DNA of 64,000 bases from Desulfosudis oleivorans (GTDB lineage Bacteria; Desulfobacterota; Desulfobacteria; Desulfobacterales; SURF-7), in contig DYJC01000005.1 in assembly GCA_020723305.1 (NCBI GenBank), positions 221,724 through 285,723 on the forward strand. The letters run 5' to 3'. The notes beneath the pieces are model-generated. The model saw only the letters and a list, made by a program, of their open reading frames with translations, ran no database searches and had not been told where the DNA came from. Each line of letters opens with the position of its first letter. Position 1 is the stretch's first letter. The translations under genes were made by a program, and so were the position numbers. This document shows positions 40,801 through 50,783 of this stretch, one piece after another.

Positions 40801-41478
40801 TTAAACCCCGGCAACATCCTTTCCGCAATGCTTACATGTCGTTGCTCTCTTTTTAATGATTTCTGCACAAAACGGACATTCCCTGGTAAAAAAACGGTTA
40901 TGAATTTTTTGAATCGATTCCTGAACAGCCTCGGTTAGCTTGACATTCCCGAAACGTGAACTCTGTAGGGTTTCAATCACTTCTGTATCACCAAAATCTC
41001 CTATCATTTGAGCTGCTTTTAACCTTACGCGGTTGGGTTCTGTAGCATCCACCAACAGCTTGAGCATTTCCACCCAATCCTTTGAAACATAACAATCCGC
41101 AAGGATTGAGAATCCCCGCTTTGTTGCTTCTTTTATTCTTTCCTGTTCAGCAAGAACTTCATCATCAATAATCTGTCCCCTTGCGCCATCAGGACTAAAC
41201 ACCGGAATGCATTCAAATTGATCTGTTCCAGGATAATTCATACAGCGGTGGGATGCATTATGAGAATAATTCTCTCTGATATTCTCCCATCCCCTCTTAT
41301 ACAAAGAGCAATTATCATTAAAACAAATATACAGATAAGGTGTTCCCCAACCCAACCCATCGCCTAATGAAATATCAGGTACATCCCATAAACTCATCAC
41401 CATATCACAATAAGGACAGTTAGGCTTGTTCTGGGAAAGAATTTGTTCAAGTACCTGCTCTTTTGTCTCAAATGCCAT
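40801..41478 (-). CDS. hypothetical protein with N- and C-terminal zinc-ribbon-like motifs and a HEAT-like segment
   Basis: 225 aa with CPYCD near the N-terminus and CPFCAEIIKKRATTCKHCG at the C-terminus. The central LKAAQMIGDFGDTEVIETL resembles a HEAT/PBS-lyase repeat. Confidence 0.5.
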   Translation of the reverse strand: MAFETKEQVLEQILSQNKPNCPYCDMVMSLWDVPDISLGDGLGWGTPYLYICFNDNCSLYKRGWENIRENYSHNASHRCMNYPGTDQFECIPVFSPDGARGQIIDDEVLAEQERIKEATKRGFSILADCYVSKDWVEMLKLLVDATEPNRVRLKAAQMIGDFGDTEVIETLQSSRFGNVKLTEAVQESIQKIHNRFFTRECPFCAEIIKKRATTCKHCGKDVAGV

Positions 41479-41698
41479 CCATTTATCTCCCTAATTCGTT
41501 TTATATAAAACCCGGCCTGTAAGGAACAGGTCTTACTAATTAATAACAAATCACAATTTACATTCGATACTATCGTAGCCCAAACATAAGTCCCTTTTTT
41601 GATTTGTCAAATCTTGGATATACTGCACTTCTGTTTTTTGAAATTGGAAAGCATCTTCACATATCTTGTTTTTTAAAAAACTAATACCAAATTCATAT

Positions 41699-41727
41699 TT
41701 GACAAACCTTATCTTTCACTTTATACT
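41699..41727 (+). promoter_or_regulatory. near-consensus sigma70 promoter upstream of the cheD cluster
   Basis: TTGACA (41699-41704), a 17-nt spacer, then TATACT (41722-41727). Confidence 0.45.
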
Positions 41728-41888
41728 CAGAATGTTATCGAAATCTTGGTTTTCCTGCTTATGAATTCAAATCATTAAAAAATATCCATCATCACAAATT
41801 TCTTGCCATATAAAGAGTAAGCTTATTGGCTTGTACAAACTGACCGTTTTGCAGGATATCATACAGTACTTCTCTGCCCCATACCATA

Positions 41889-42386
41889 TTGGAAAGGAAT
41901 ATTTTTGTGAAAATAATTATCGGCGTTTCCGATATGAAAATGAGTAATGATTTAGAGACAACCTTAATTACCTATTCCCTTGGATCATGTATAGGCGTTT
42001 CCATTTATGACCCCGTTGTCAAGGCAGGAGGTATTCTTCACTATATGCTTCCTGAATCCAGTATTGATGTGGTCAAAGCAAAAAACAACCCATTCATGTT
42101 CGCGGATACGGGTATTCCAAAACTTTTTAAAGCAACCTATGATCTTGGAGCAAAAAAACAAAGAATGAAGATCATCGTTGCCGGAGGAGCTCAGATTTTA
42201 GACCAGAAAGGTTTTTTTAATATCGGAAAAAGAAATCATTTAGCCCTCAGAAAAATATTTTTTAAAAACAATGTGATCATCAATCACGAAGAAGTTGGTG
42301 GAAACTGCAACCGAACCGTTCGATTGGATATTAAAACCGGTGAAACTTTTATTAAAATATCTGGAAAAGGGGAAATTAGGGTATGA
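41889..42386 (+). CDS. cheD: chemoreceptor glutamine deamidase CheD
   Basis: CheD motifs TYSLGSCIGVSIYD and GILHYMLP. The track start is TTG 41889. GTG 41907, after GAAAGGA, is a plausible alternative. Confidence 0.8.
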   Translation: MERNIFVKIIIGVSDMKMSNDLETTLITYSLGSCIGVSIYDPVVKAGGILHYMLPESSIDVVKAKNNPFMFADTGIPKLFKATYDLGAKKQRMKIIVAGGAQILDQKGFFNIGKRNHLALRKIFFKNNVIINHEEVGGNCNRTVRLDIKTGETFIKISGKGEIRV

Positions 42387-43234
42387 CTACAATAGAAGAA
42401 CTAATAAAAAAGATAAAAGTGTTGAAGCCCATACCCCAGATTGCCAATCAAATTCTAACTATCGTTGAGAATCCGAATAGTTCCATTACCGATATTGCCG
42501 ATATTATTCTCTATGACCCCTCCACCACGGCAAACCTTTTAAAAATTTGCAATTCTGCATATTTTGGTCAATTTAGAGAAATTGACTCTGTACGCGATGC
42601 AATTTCATTTCTCGGCATCGATCATATAATTGACCTGATTTTATTGAATGGCGGAGCTGAAAATCTAACAAAACGCCAGGAAGGGTATGGACTTCACGAA
42701 GGTGATTTGTGGCGACAGGCTGTTGCTTCAGCTCTTATTGCAAAGGATTTAGCTGAAAATAAAGGAATCGGCCCAAAAAAACATATTCTTTTCACTGCTG
42801 CCCTATTAAAAGATATTGGAAAGGTAATACTGGATCAGTTTGTATCGGATTCTTTCGAAAAAATATCGTACCAGGTAGAAAGCAAGGGGCTGAGCTTTCG
42901 AGAAGCTGAAAAAAAAGTCATAGGAATTGATCACGCTGAATTGGGCGGCCTTGTAGCCAAAATGTGGAAATTCAGCCCCAAAATGATATTTATTATTTCC
43001 AATCACCATCTATCCAGTCCAAAGGCGCAAGAGGATATTGAAACATCAATAGTCTATCTTGCAGATACGATCTGTATGATGATGGGTATTGGCGGAGGAT
43101 CTGATGGACTTGCCTATCGGTTTCACAAAGATGTTCTCGACAGACTTGGGATAAATCACTACAGCCTTCAGGAAATTATTATGAGATTTGGAGAACGCAT
43201 GCAAAAGGTAGAAGAATTGATAAAAGCGGTATAG
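42383..43234 (+). CDS. HDOD domain signalling protein
   Basis: 283 aa with HDOD-type sequence (LKPIPQIANQIL...DIADIILYDPSTTANLLKICNSAYFG, HAELGG). Its start overlaps the cheD stop. Confidence 0.8.
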   Translation: MTTIEELIKKIKVLKPIPQIANQILTIVENPNSSITDIADIILYDPSTTANLLKICNSAYFGQFREIDSVRDAISFLGIDHIIDLILLNGGAENLTKRQEGYGLHEGDLWRQAVASALIAKDLAENKGIGPKKHILFTAALLKDIGKVILDQFVSDSFEKISYQVESKGLSFREAEKKVIGIDHAELGGLVAKMWKFSPKMIFIISNHHLSSPKAQEDIETSIVYLADTICMMMGIGGGSDGLAYRFHKDVLDRLGINHYSLQEIIMRFGERMQKVEELIKAV

Positions 43235-43265
43235 ATAATTGGGTTATTCTTGAAAGGAGCTTAAT

Positions 43266-43688
43266 ATGACCATAAAAATCCTCATCGTGGACGATTCTTT
43301 GCCTATGAGAAGGGTTATTAAAAAAACAATCAAGGCTTCTGGCTATTCTTCAGCCGAATTTTTTGAAGCGGAAAATGGAAAAATCGCCTTGGATATTTTA
43401 AAAAACACATGGCTCGATATAGTAATTACCGATTATAATATGCCTGAAATGAATGGAATAGAACTAATTGAGGCGATGAAGCAGAATGATGCTTTTCAAT
43501 CCATTCCAGTCTTGGTTGTGACAACAGATGGAAGCAATCAAAAAGTGAGCGAGTTTCTTGAGAAAGGAGCAGCTGCTTATATCAAGAAACCCTTTACTCC
43601 TGAGGCAATACGAAACAAATTAAACAACATATTAGGAGCTACGGGAAATGAAAAATCTGAAAGCAGCGATGATGGCCTCGATTTCTGA
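43266..43688 (+). CDS. CheY-like single-domain response regulator
   Basis: 140 aa with the receiver motifs ILIVDDS, ITDYNMPEMNG and YIKKPF. Confidence 0.85.
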   Translation: MTIKILIVDDSLPMRRVIKKTIKASGYSSAEFFEAENGKIALDILKNTWLDIVITDYNMPEMNGIELIEAMKQNDAFQSIPVLVVTTDGSNQKVSEFLEKGAAAYIKKPFTPEAIRNKLNNILGATGNEKSESSDDGLDF

Positions 43689-44124
43689 AGTTCTTGAAAC
43701 CATGTTCTTTATGTCGGTTGATTTTGACATGCATAAGACCATAAAAAAAAATATCGATATTTTTCAAAATGGAATAACCATGGTATGCCGCCTTGACTTT
43801 GCAGGACCATTCTCAGGCTGTTTTCTCCTTATTATACCTGAAAAGCTGCTTGCCGATATGTCTCAAAATTTCATGGGTATGGAACAAATTAAAATCAAAC
43901 AGCAACATTTAGAGGGAACCATAAAAGAATTAACCAATATGATTGCTGGAAACACTTTCAGTACCCTGAACGATCAAATTGAATTTACCCTTTCAATTCC
44001 TGAGCTGATTGATACCCGGACTCTAACCTCCAACTACATGGGAAATCACGAAAAAGGAGTAGAAATCATAACAGAAACCACCGGTGGCTTTCTGGCTGTC
44101 AAGATAATCCTGCATGATACATGA
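43648..44124 (+). CDS. CheX-like chemotaxis phosphatase family protein
   Basis: About 150 aa with the N-terminus SISEVLETMFFMS and ELTNMIAGN, typical of the CheX/CheC-like fold. The start is uncertain (43648 or 43669). Confidence 0.6.
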   Translation: MKNLKAAMMASISEVLETMFFMSVDFDMHKTIKKNIDIFQNGITMVCRLDFAGPFSGCFLLIIPEKLLADMSQNFMGMEQIKIKQQHLEGTIKELTNMIAGNTFSTLNDQIEFTLSIPELIDTRTLTSNYMGNHEKGVEIITETTGGFLAVKIILHDT

Positions 44125-44206
44125 TACGTAACTCAAATGGTGCATAAGCGATTTCACAATGCTGAAACATATGTTATTGATGAAAGAAGTTTTACTGATT
44201 CATGAT

Positions 44207-44887
44207 TTAAACTCGAATACCCTGTATGGAACGTAAAATCGGTTTAACCATTTCCCGATGTTCCGGTGGAATCATCAGGCAAGACAAAGCAAGATTTGAA
44301 ATCAGATTTATCCCTGCCTTCACCTCATTCCGTTGATAATCTTGTCTAAATTCTTCGGACTTCAAATGTCTCAAAATATCGACAACATTTCCGGTTGCGC
44401 CTTGTGAATCAATATGCTCGATATATTGTTGGAAAATCGTATTTACTGTCAAGATATACGGATCGATCTGGGCAAAACCCGTTTCTCCACATTGTACAGC
44501 GGAAACAAGACAGCGGCAACCAAATGGTCGAAAAAGATATACCGGACATTCTTTGCCTTGTAACAAAGAACAAGGAGTCCAGTTCGGATCATTTTCTTCT
44601 TCAGGCGGAGTACCGCCATTTCTGCAAAAATCCGCAAGCCGGTTAATCGTCATTTTTGGAATAAATCGATCTTTGGACAGATCCAGATCCAAATAACCAA
44701 AAAAATCGTCCTTTTCTTTGGCAGGCATTTGACTGACAATATAGAACCCTTCAAGGGTTGTGATGGTCACGTTTCTGGTACAACAGAAAGCGCAAAATCT
44801 TTTACAGCAAACTTCTTGAGTATTTATAAACTCACTGTAAAGCTTGTATAGCTGCTCCAGAACAGCCAGTTTCATGCGAATATCCAA
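44207..44887 (-). CDS. YkgJ-family (CxxCxxCC) cysteine-cluster protein
   Basis: 226 aa with the motifs CCKRFCAFCC and CPVYLFRPFGCR. Confidence 0.65.
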   Translation of the reverse strand: MDIRMKLAVLEQLYKLYSEFINTQEVCCKRFCAFCCTRNVTITTLEGFYIVSQMPAKEKDDFFGYLDLDLSKDRFIPKMTINRLADFCRNGGTPPEEENDPNWTPCSLLQGKECPVYLFRPFGCRCLVSAVQCGETGFAQIDPYILTVNTIFQQYIEHIDSQGATGNVVDILRHLKSEEFRQDYQRNEVKAGINLISNLALSCLMIPPEHREMVKPILRSIQGIRV

Positions 44888-44971
44888 ATCATTTCCTTTT
44901 CATTAATCGTAAATTATTGGACACTGTAACATAGACTTCCAATATACACAAAAGAGTGCTATAAAAATTTC

Positions 44972-45433
44972 ATGATCCGAAAAGCAACGACAAAAGATAT
45001 CCAGGTAATTCATAAAATTTTGAGTGAATATGGCAATAAAGGTGACCTGCTCCCACGACCGCTGAGTCAGCTTTATGATCATGTCAGAGATTTTTTTGTT
45101 TTTGAAGATATGGATACAAAATCAATTACCGGATGCTGTGCACTCCAGTTTTGCTGGGAAGATTTGGCAGAAATTCGATCCCTTGCTGTATCTGCTGAAT
45201 ATGGGAGACAAAAAATCGGGACAAGACTGATTGAAGCAACTCTTATGGAAGCCCGGTCTTTTAAAATCAAAAATGTATTTGCACTTACCTATAAACCAGA
45301 TTTTTTTAGAAAATTTGATTTTCAAATCATTGACAAGGCAACCCTGCCCCATAAAATCTGGGCAGACTGCCTTTTATGTGTAAAATTTCCTGGCTGTGAT
45401 GAAATCGCCATGATGAAGAAACTCGATGAATAA
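44972..45433 (+). CDS. GNAT-family N-acetyltransferase (short ArgA-like)
   Basis: 153 aa with the acetyl-CoA binding motif (RQKIGTRLIEA) and the GNAT core LAVSAEYG. Confidence 0.8.
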   Translation: MIRKATTKDIQVIHKILSEYGNKGDLLPRPLSQLYDHVRDFFVFEDMDTKSITGCCALQFCWEDLAEIRSLAVSAEYGRQKIGTRLIEATLMEARSFKIKNVFALTYKPDFFRKFDFQIIDKATLPHKIWADCLLCVKFPGCDEIAMMKKLDE

Positions 45434-45440
45434 TAACGAT

Positions 45441-46517
45441 TCAAGAGTATATTACATTCATGGGAATAGGCGGATACTTCCAAACACCCGGTTTTGGAAG
45501 AACATGCTGTGATCCGACAATCAACCAGTATGGATCTGGATTAATCTCCCTCAGCTTCCCATCATCCGGAGGCCGAGCATGGTCTGTATATGCATAGGTT
45601 GCCTGAAACAAACAAACCGCCTCCTTGTTGTGTTTATTTTTATCTTCATATGCAATCACATAGTTTTTTGAAAAAGCCCTTGGAGAGATGTTATTACTCG
45701 CAGCTATCTGATCAACCTCCTCTTTTGAAAATTTAATTAATATTGCTTTCGAAACCCCTCTTTCAGAGATCCGAATTAATGATCTAGACTCACTGCTCCC
45801 GGCATACACGGTTGAGATGCACCCCAACTGTTTGATGTATTGAGCGGCCACAATAGCCGCTGTTCTTCGTCCACCTACCATAACCGGAAGGCCATAGTAC
45901 TCAAACAATTTCTTCTGAACATCCTCTGCGTACTTATCCCCTTTTTCATAAATGTCTTTTGAAATATACCGCAGGCTTCGGGCAAGATTTTCAGCAGCAT
46001 CTGCAATAGGCCAATCAATGCGAACATGGAAATGGGACATGGAGTATCTGTTTTTACTATGACTTGTGGGATCTCTCTGTATAAGAAGCGCATAATCAAC
46101 CGGTAGAAGTTCTCTCAGGAAATCAAAAAAATGTGCAGAGTCCAGAAATTTTTGATTTCTGTCAAATTTATTTTCCAGAGACAACGCTTTTGTTTGAATC
46201 AGATTATTCTTTGTTGTTTTATTTGCATCAAAAAATCGAATATATTTTTTATGGACATCGGTGATGGTATCTTCCAGAAAAATTACCAGAAAAGAGTTTT
46301 GTAATTCATATTCCAGATTGGGTATTCGTGCTCTAGGCTTCAATTCACGTCGCTCTACAAAAGGATAGGGAATATTTCGATTGTTAAAATTTTGATAAGA
46401 ATCTGTGAGTGAATACTGAAGAATAAACTGATCCAGTTCATCCCGCAACAACTCATAATAAGATCTTCTCAGCCGGTTTGCATTGCTCAATTCTTCTCTA
46501 TATGCCCAGAAACCCAA
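45441..46517 (-). CDS. hypothetical protein (358 aa)
   Basis: Long uninterrupted ORF with no recognisable family, TM segment or signal peptide. Confidence 0.5.
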   Translation of the reverse strand: MGFWAYREELSNANRLRRSYYELLRDELDQFILQYSLTDSYQNFNNRNIPYPFVERRELKPRARIPNLEYELQNSFLVIFLEDTITDVHKKYIRFFDANKTTKNNLIQTKALSLENKFDRNQKFLDSAHFFDFLRELLPVDYALLIQRDPTSHSKNRYSMSHFHVRIDWPIADAAENLARSLRYISKDIYEKGDKYAEDVQKKLFEYYGLPVMVGGRRTAAIVAAQYIKQLGCISTVYAGSSESRSLIRISERGVSKAILIKFSKEEVDQIAASNNISPRAFSKNYVIAYEDKNKHNKEAVCLFQATYAYTDHARPPDDGKLREINPDPYWLIVGSQHVLPKPGVWKYPPIPMNVIYS

Positions 46518-46664
46518 TTATCTTCTCCTGTATAGCTCATCACGGGTTTATCCAAATGTAAGTCCGATGGATGGTCCAAAAAACTTCCTATCTGGAATGC
46601 CGCCTCGTTTGAAGTCTGTTGACTGGACGAAATACTTAATTAATACCACTGTTTTGACGAATCG

Positions 46665-47447
46665 TCAATATGGAGATTTCTGATTCGGTCTTTCCATATA
46701 GTTGTACAAATTTTTTCGAAATCGATAGGTCAACAAAACAACTACCATGCTGATGCCAAAAATAATCATAAAGAGTCCATACAGCTGATCAAAGACATAA
46801 GACCCTTGTAAACTCAACATCAACGTCCCCGGCATTCGACCGACAGTTGAAATAATCATGAACACCTTTATGGGAAGCGACGTCATTCCCAATAATAAAC
46901 AGAGGTAATCCTTGGGAAAGCCGGGAAAAATAAATAGTATTAATAAAACAAGAATCCCCTGTCGCTTTAAGAGAGGCTCAAACCTGTTCAGAAACCTCTG
47001 AGAGATCCATTTACGAATATATTTTTTCCCAAAAAAACGGCCGATCATAAAATTGATCCAGGAACCAATCGTTAAACCAATGCATGAATAACAAAATCCC
47101 TGAAAAGCGCCGAATAGATACCCACCGATAAAACCGGTTGCCTCGCCGGGAACCGGTGCAAATAAAACCTGAAGGAATTGAAAAAAAATAAAAATTACAG
47201 GTGCCCATCCATGGAATGATGAAATAAAATTTTGAATCTTATCTCTGTTCGAAAAAAAATCATAGCAAATCAGAATGGATTCCCAAATCTCCATTCGATA
47301 ATGAATAGATAAGAATACTGCTATAAGCAGGAAACCACACAAAGCCATCACAGCAAAAAGAGAAGAAAAAATTAATTTTTTCAAGCTGATCTTTTCCTGC
47401 TCTCCCGAATATCCGGGAAACAAATACGAATCACCATAGAGCAACAT
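46665..47447 (-). CDS. TVP38/TMEM64 (DedA-related) family membrane protein
   Basis: 260 aa, polytopic, with [18 protein letters not shown] and [16 protein letters not shown] motifs typical of SNARE-associated/DedA-like proteins. Confidence 0.7.
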   Translation of the reverse strand: MLLYGDSYLFPGYSGEQEKISLKKLIFSSLFAVMALCGFLLIAVFLSIHYRMEIWESILICYDFFSNRDKIQNFISSFHGWAPVIFIFFQFLQVLFAPVPGEATGFIGGYLFGAFQGFCYSCIGLTIGSWINFMIGRFFGKKYIRKWISQRFLNRFEPLLKRQGILVLLILFIFPGFPKDYLCLLLGMTSLPIKVFMIISTVGRMPGTLMLSLQGSYVFDQLYGLFMIIFGISMVVVLLTYRFRKNLYNYMERPNQKSPY

Positions 47448-47462
47448 TCACCGAAAAAAAAT

Positions 47463-48659
47463 CTACTTATCAGTCAACGCAGCAACACCAGGAAGTATCT
47501 TTCCTTCTAAAAATTCAAGAGTAGCACCGCCGCCTGTCGAAACATGCGATACTTGATCGGAAACCCCCGACTGCTTGACTGCTGATGCAGAATCGCCACC
47601 GCCCACTACGGTAATGGCGCCTTTTGAAGTCGATTCTGCTAAAAGTCTGGCAATGGCATATGTTCCTTTTGCAGTTTCCGGGATCTCAAACACTCCCATG
47701 GGTCCGTTCCAAACAATCGTTTTGGCATCTTTCAATACTTTTCCAAAAATTTCGATTGACCCTTGTCCAATATCAAGACCAAACGACTCCCTCGGAATGT
47801 CTCTGCTTTTTACCTGTTTCAACGCACCGACCGTTCTTTTCTCAAAATCAAATTGATCTGAAACCATACAATCTTCCGGCAGTAATATCTTATCACCTGC
47901 ATTTGCAAGAATCTCTTCTGCCAGTTTGACCTTATCTTCCTCCAAAAGAGAGTTTCCGATTTCATAACCCATAGCCTTATAAAATGTATAGGCCATACCT
48001 CCTCCAACAATCAGGCGATCGACTTTGGGGAGAAGATTGGAAATCACATCGATTTTACCGGAAATTTTGGCTCCTCCAAGAATAGCCACAAAAGGCTTTT
48101 CCGGGTTCTCATCAATGCGACCAAGATAGTCTAATTCTTTCATTAAAAGATACCCTGCAGCACACTGATCTATATATCTTGTTACGCCGTCTGTTGAAGC
48201 ATGGGCTCGATGGGCTGTACCAAAGGCGTCATTGATATAAACATCTCCCAATCCTGCAAGCTTTTTGGCAAATCCCTGTTCATTTTTTGTTTCCTCTTCA
48301 TAATAGCGCAAATTTTCAAGGAGGAGAACCTGACCCTCCATAAGATTTTTCACAGCATTGTTCACTGTCTCCCCAATACAATCATTCACAAAAGCAACGT
48401 CTTTTCCCAAAAGCTCTTTAAGAACCTTAGCACATGGGGCCAAGGACATTTCCGGAATCCGCTTTCCTTTTGGTCGTCCCAAATGGGACATGAGTATAAG
48501 CTTGCCATGTTGTTCAAGTACATATCGAATCGTAGGAAGCGCGGCATGAATTCGTTTATTGTTTGTAACTTTACCATTTTCAAGGGGAACATTAAAATCA
48601 ACGCGCATTAAAACACGCTTGCCGGTAAGTTCAAGATCCTCAACAGTCAATTTTTTCAT
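47463..48659 (-). CDS. pgk: phosphoglycerate kinase
   Basis: 398 aa with the motifs [15 protein letters not shown] and GGGDSA. Confidence 0.95.
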   Translation of the reverse strand: MKKLTVEDLELTGKRVLMRVDFNVPLENGKVTNNKRIHAALPTIRYVLEQHGKLILMSHLGRPKGKRIPEMSLAPCAKVLKELLGKDVAFVNDCIGETVNNAVKNLMEGQVLLLENLRYYEEETKNEQGFAKKLAGLGDVYINDAFGTAHRAHASTDGVTRYIDQCAAGYLLMKELDYLGRIDENPEKPFVAILGGAKISGKIDVISNLLPKVDRLIVGGGMAYTFYKAMGYEIGNSLLEEDKVKLAEEILANAGDKILLPEDCMVSDQFDFEKRTVGALKQVKSRDIPRESFGLDIGQGSIEIFGKVLKDAKTIVWNGPMGVFEIPETAKGTYAIARLLAESTSKGAITVVGGGDSASAVKQSGVSDQVSHVSTGGGATLEFLEGKILPGVAALTDK

Positions 48660-48702
48660 GTTACCTCCATATTTAAGCTTATTTTTTAAAAGATTAAAAT
48701 GC

Positions 48703-48987
48703 CTACATGCCTTCTTTTATCTTGATCCGGATTTTGCGGTTAATGTCTTTTTTTCTGGACCATCTTTCGAAAAACCCGATCAGTCCGGATTCATAGGCTC
48801 TGTCAGCTTGCTCTTCTTTTACCTGTAAGCCATCCAATTCACCCATTGCAGACTGAATGCACCTTTTTTTTAAAAAACATGGCATACAGGATTCTGGACT
48901 ATGCCGCAGCCCATTTTCACCTTTTGGAAATACAATCGCGAGTTTTCCAAAACATGCTGGTATTTCTTTGTTTGAATTGTCTTTCAT
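48703..48987 (-). CDS. small Cys-containing hypothetical protein
   Basis: 94-aa ORF between radC and pgk on the same strand. No family recognised. Confidence 0.4.
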   Translation of the reverse strand: MKDNSNKEIPACFGKLAIVFPKGENGLRHSPESCMPCFLKKRCIQSAMGELDGLQVKEEQADRAYESGLIGFFERWSRKKDINRKIRIKIKEGM

Positions 48988-49010
48988 TTTAATTGTTTTT
49001 TACAGCGAAA

Positions 49011-49730
49011 CTACAGTTTGCTTTCATACTCATCATTCATGCGGTGAATATGGCCCTGATCTGCAAAACTGAAATACCGGTTATCACCAATAATGATATG
49101 TTCATGAACCGTTATTCCCACTACCTTACACGCGAACAGCAACCTTTTGGTGATATGAACATCGACCTTCGAAGGTTCCGGATCACCGGATGGATGATTG
49201 TGAGCAAAAATAAGTGCGGCAGCCCTTTGTTCAAGGGCAACTTTCACCACTTCACGGGAGTAGACAGCGCTCTCGGTCAATGTGCCTTTGAAAAGAATCT
49301 TTGAATCAATCACCTTGTTTTTCGCATCCAGAAAAATAACCGAAAAACACTCCTGTGTTTTATCTCGTAATGTTTGATACAGATAATTGTAAAGATCTTG
49401 TGAGTTTTGAATAAGTTCCTTTCCCAGCAATTTTTTTTCAAGAAATCTATCTGAGACCGCCTTTATCAGTTTGATACCGAACATGTTTTTCGGTCCAATC
49501 CCCTCAACAGATAAAAGCTCATCTTTTGAAGCTTCCAAAACGCCTGGCAAGGTTTTAAATTTTTCTAGCACCTTTTTGGCTGCATTCTTACAGTCTTTTC
49601 GCGGTGTGGCAAGTGTGAGAAGCAGTTCGATAATTTCATAATCGTGAAAACCGGACAAACCGGATTCAATAAATTTCTCTCTGAGTCGGTTCCGGTGACC
49701 ATCACCTTTATGCGTTTGATTTTTTCCCAT
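49011..49730 (-). CDS. radC: RadC-family JAMM/MPN domain protein
   Basis: 239 aa with an HhH region and the JAMM motif HNHPSGDPEPS. Confidence 0.9.
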   Translation of the reverse strand: MGKNQTHKGDGHRNRLREKFIESGLSGFHDYEIIELLLTLATPRKDCKNAAKKVLEKFKTLPGVLEASKDELLSVEGIGPKNMFGIKLIKAVSDRFLEKKLLGKELIQNSQDLYNYLYQTLRDKTQECFSVIFLDAKNKVIDSKILFKGTLTESAVYSREVVKVALEQRAAALIFAHNHPSGDPEPSKVDVHITKRLLFACKVVGITVHEHIIIGDNRYFSFADQGHIHRMNDEYESKL

Positions 49731-49745
49731 GATGCAAAAACATAA

Positions 49746-50783
49746 TCAGACTTCATCAAATTCATTTTTCAGACTTCTTGTCATTAAACGATACACTGCA
49801 TCTGCTGGAGATCGATCCTCATACAGAACCCGGTACACTTCATGGGATATCGGCATTTCAACCGCCAGCTTTCTGGATAGATTATAAACAGATTTTGCGG
49901 TCTTAATGCCTTCGGCTATCATCTTCATTTCACCCAAGATTTCCTGCAATTGTTTTCCCTGTCCAATCTGTTTTCCCACGAAATGATTGCGGCTTAAATC
50001 TCCTGTACAGGTAAGCATCAAATCTCCAACCCCGGCAAGGCCCGAAAATGTCTCAGCTCTGGCACCAAGCCGCAAACCGAGTCGCCGTATTTCCGTCAAG
50101 CCCCTGGTAATCAAAGCAGCACGGGTATTTAGTCCCAGTCCCAATCCATCCACAATACCGGATGCGATTGCAATCACATTTTTTACGGCTCCACCCAGTT
50201 CAACACCAATCATATCATCAATAGTATATACACGAAAGGTTGGTGTTGCAAAAACATGCTGAACAAATTCAGCAACTGTCTGCTCCTTTGCCGCTACAGT
50301 TACAAGAGTTGGAACACCACAGGCAACTTCCCGTGCAAAGCTGGGACCAGAAAGCACGGCAAATTTTTCTTCAGATCGGTCTGAAAAAACCTCTTTTAAC
50401 ACACCAGACATCGTCAGGTGTGTCTTGTTTTCAATACCCTTTGAAGCAGATACAAAAATAGTTTTGTCCGGCACCCGATCCACCAGTTTTTTCATCGTCT
50501 CTCTCATGAGGTGAGAAGGCACAACAACCAAAAGGAGATCCTTCCCGTATGCAACCGGATCAAAATCATTCGATACGGAAATGTTTTTTGAAAGCGTAAT
50601 GTTGGGAAGAAAAACCTTGTTCTCGCGATTTTCCTGAATCTGATCTTTCACCTGGGTCTCATAAACCCAGAGGTCAATGATATATCCTTTTCCAGCCAGA
50701 TGATTGGCAAGGGCTGTTCCCCATGACCCCCCACCGACAACACCAATTTTTATATTTTGAAAATCAACATCCATATGATCCAT
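49746..50783 (-). CDS. gpsA: NAD(P)H-dependent glycerol-3-phosphate dehydrogenase
   Basis: 345 aa with the motifs GGGSWGTALA and GAVKNVIAIASG. Confidence 0.95.
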   Translation of the reverse strand: MDHMDVDFQNIKIGVVGGGSWGTALANHLAGKGYIIDLWVYETQVKDQIQENRENKVFLPNITLSKNISVSNDFDPVAYGKDLLLVVVPSHLMRETMKKLVDRVPDKTIFVSASKGIENKTHLTMSGVLKEVFSDRSEEKFAVLSGPSFAREVACGVPTLVTVAAKEQTVAEFVQHVFATPTFRVYTIDDMIGVELGGAVKNVIAIASGIVDGLGLGLNTRAALITRGLTEIRRLGLRLGARAETFSGLAGVGDLMLTCTGDLSRNHFVGKQIGQGKQLQEILGEMKMIAEGIKTAKSVYNLSRKLAVEMPISHEVYRVLYEDRSPADAVYRLMTRSLKNEFDEV

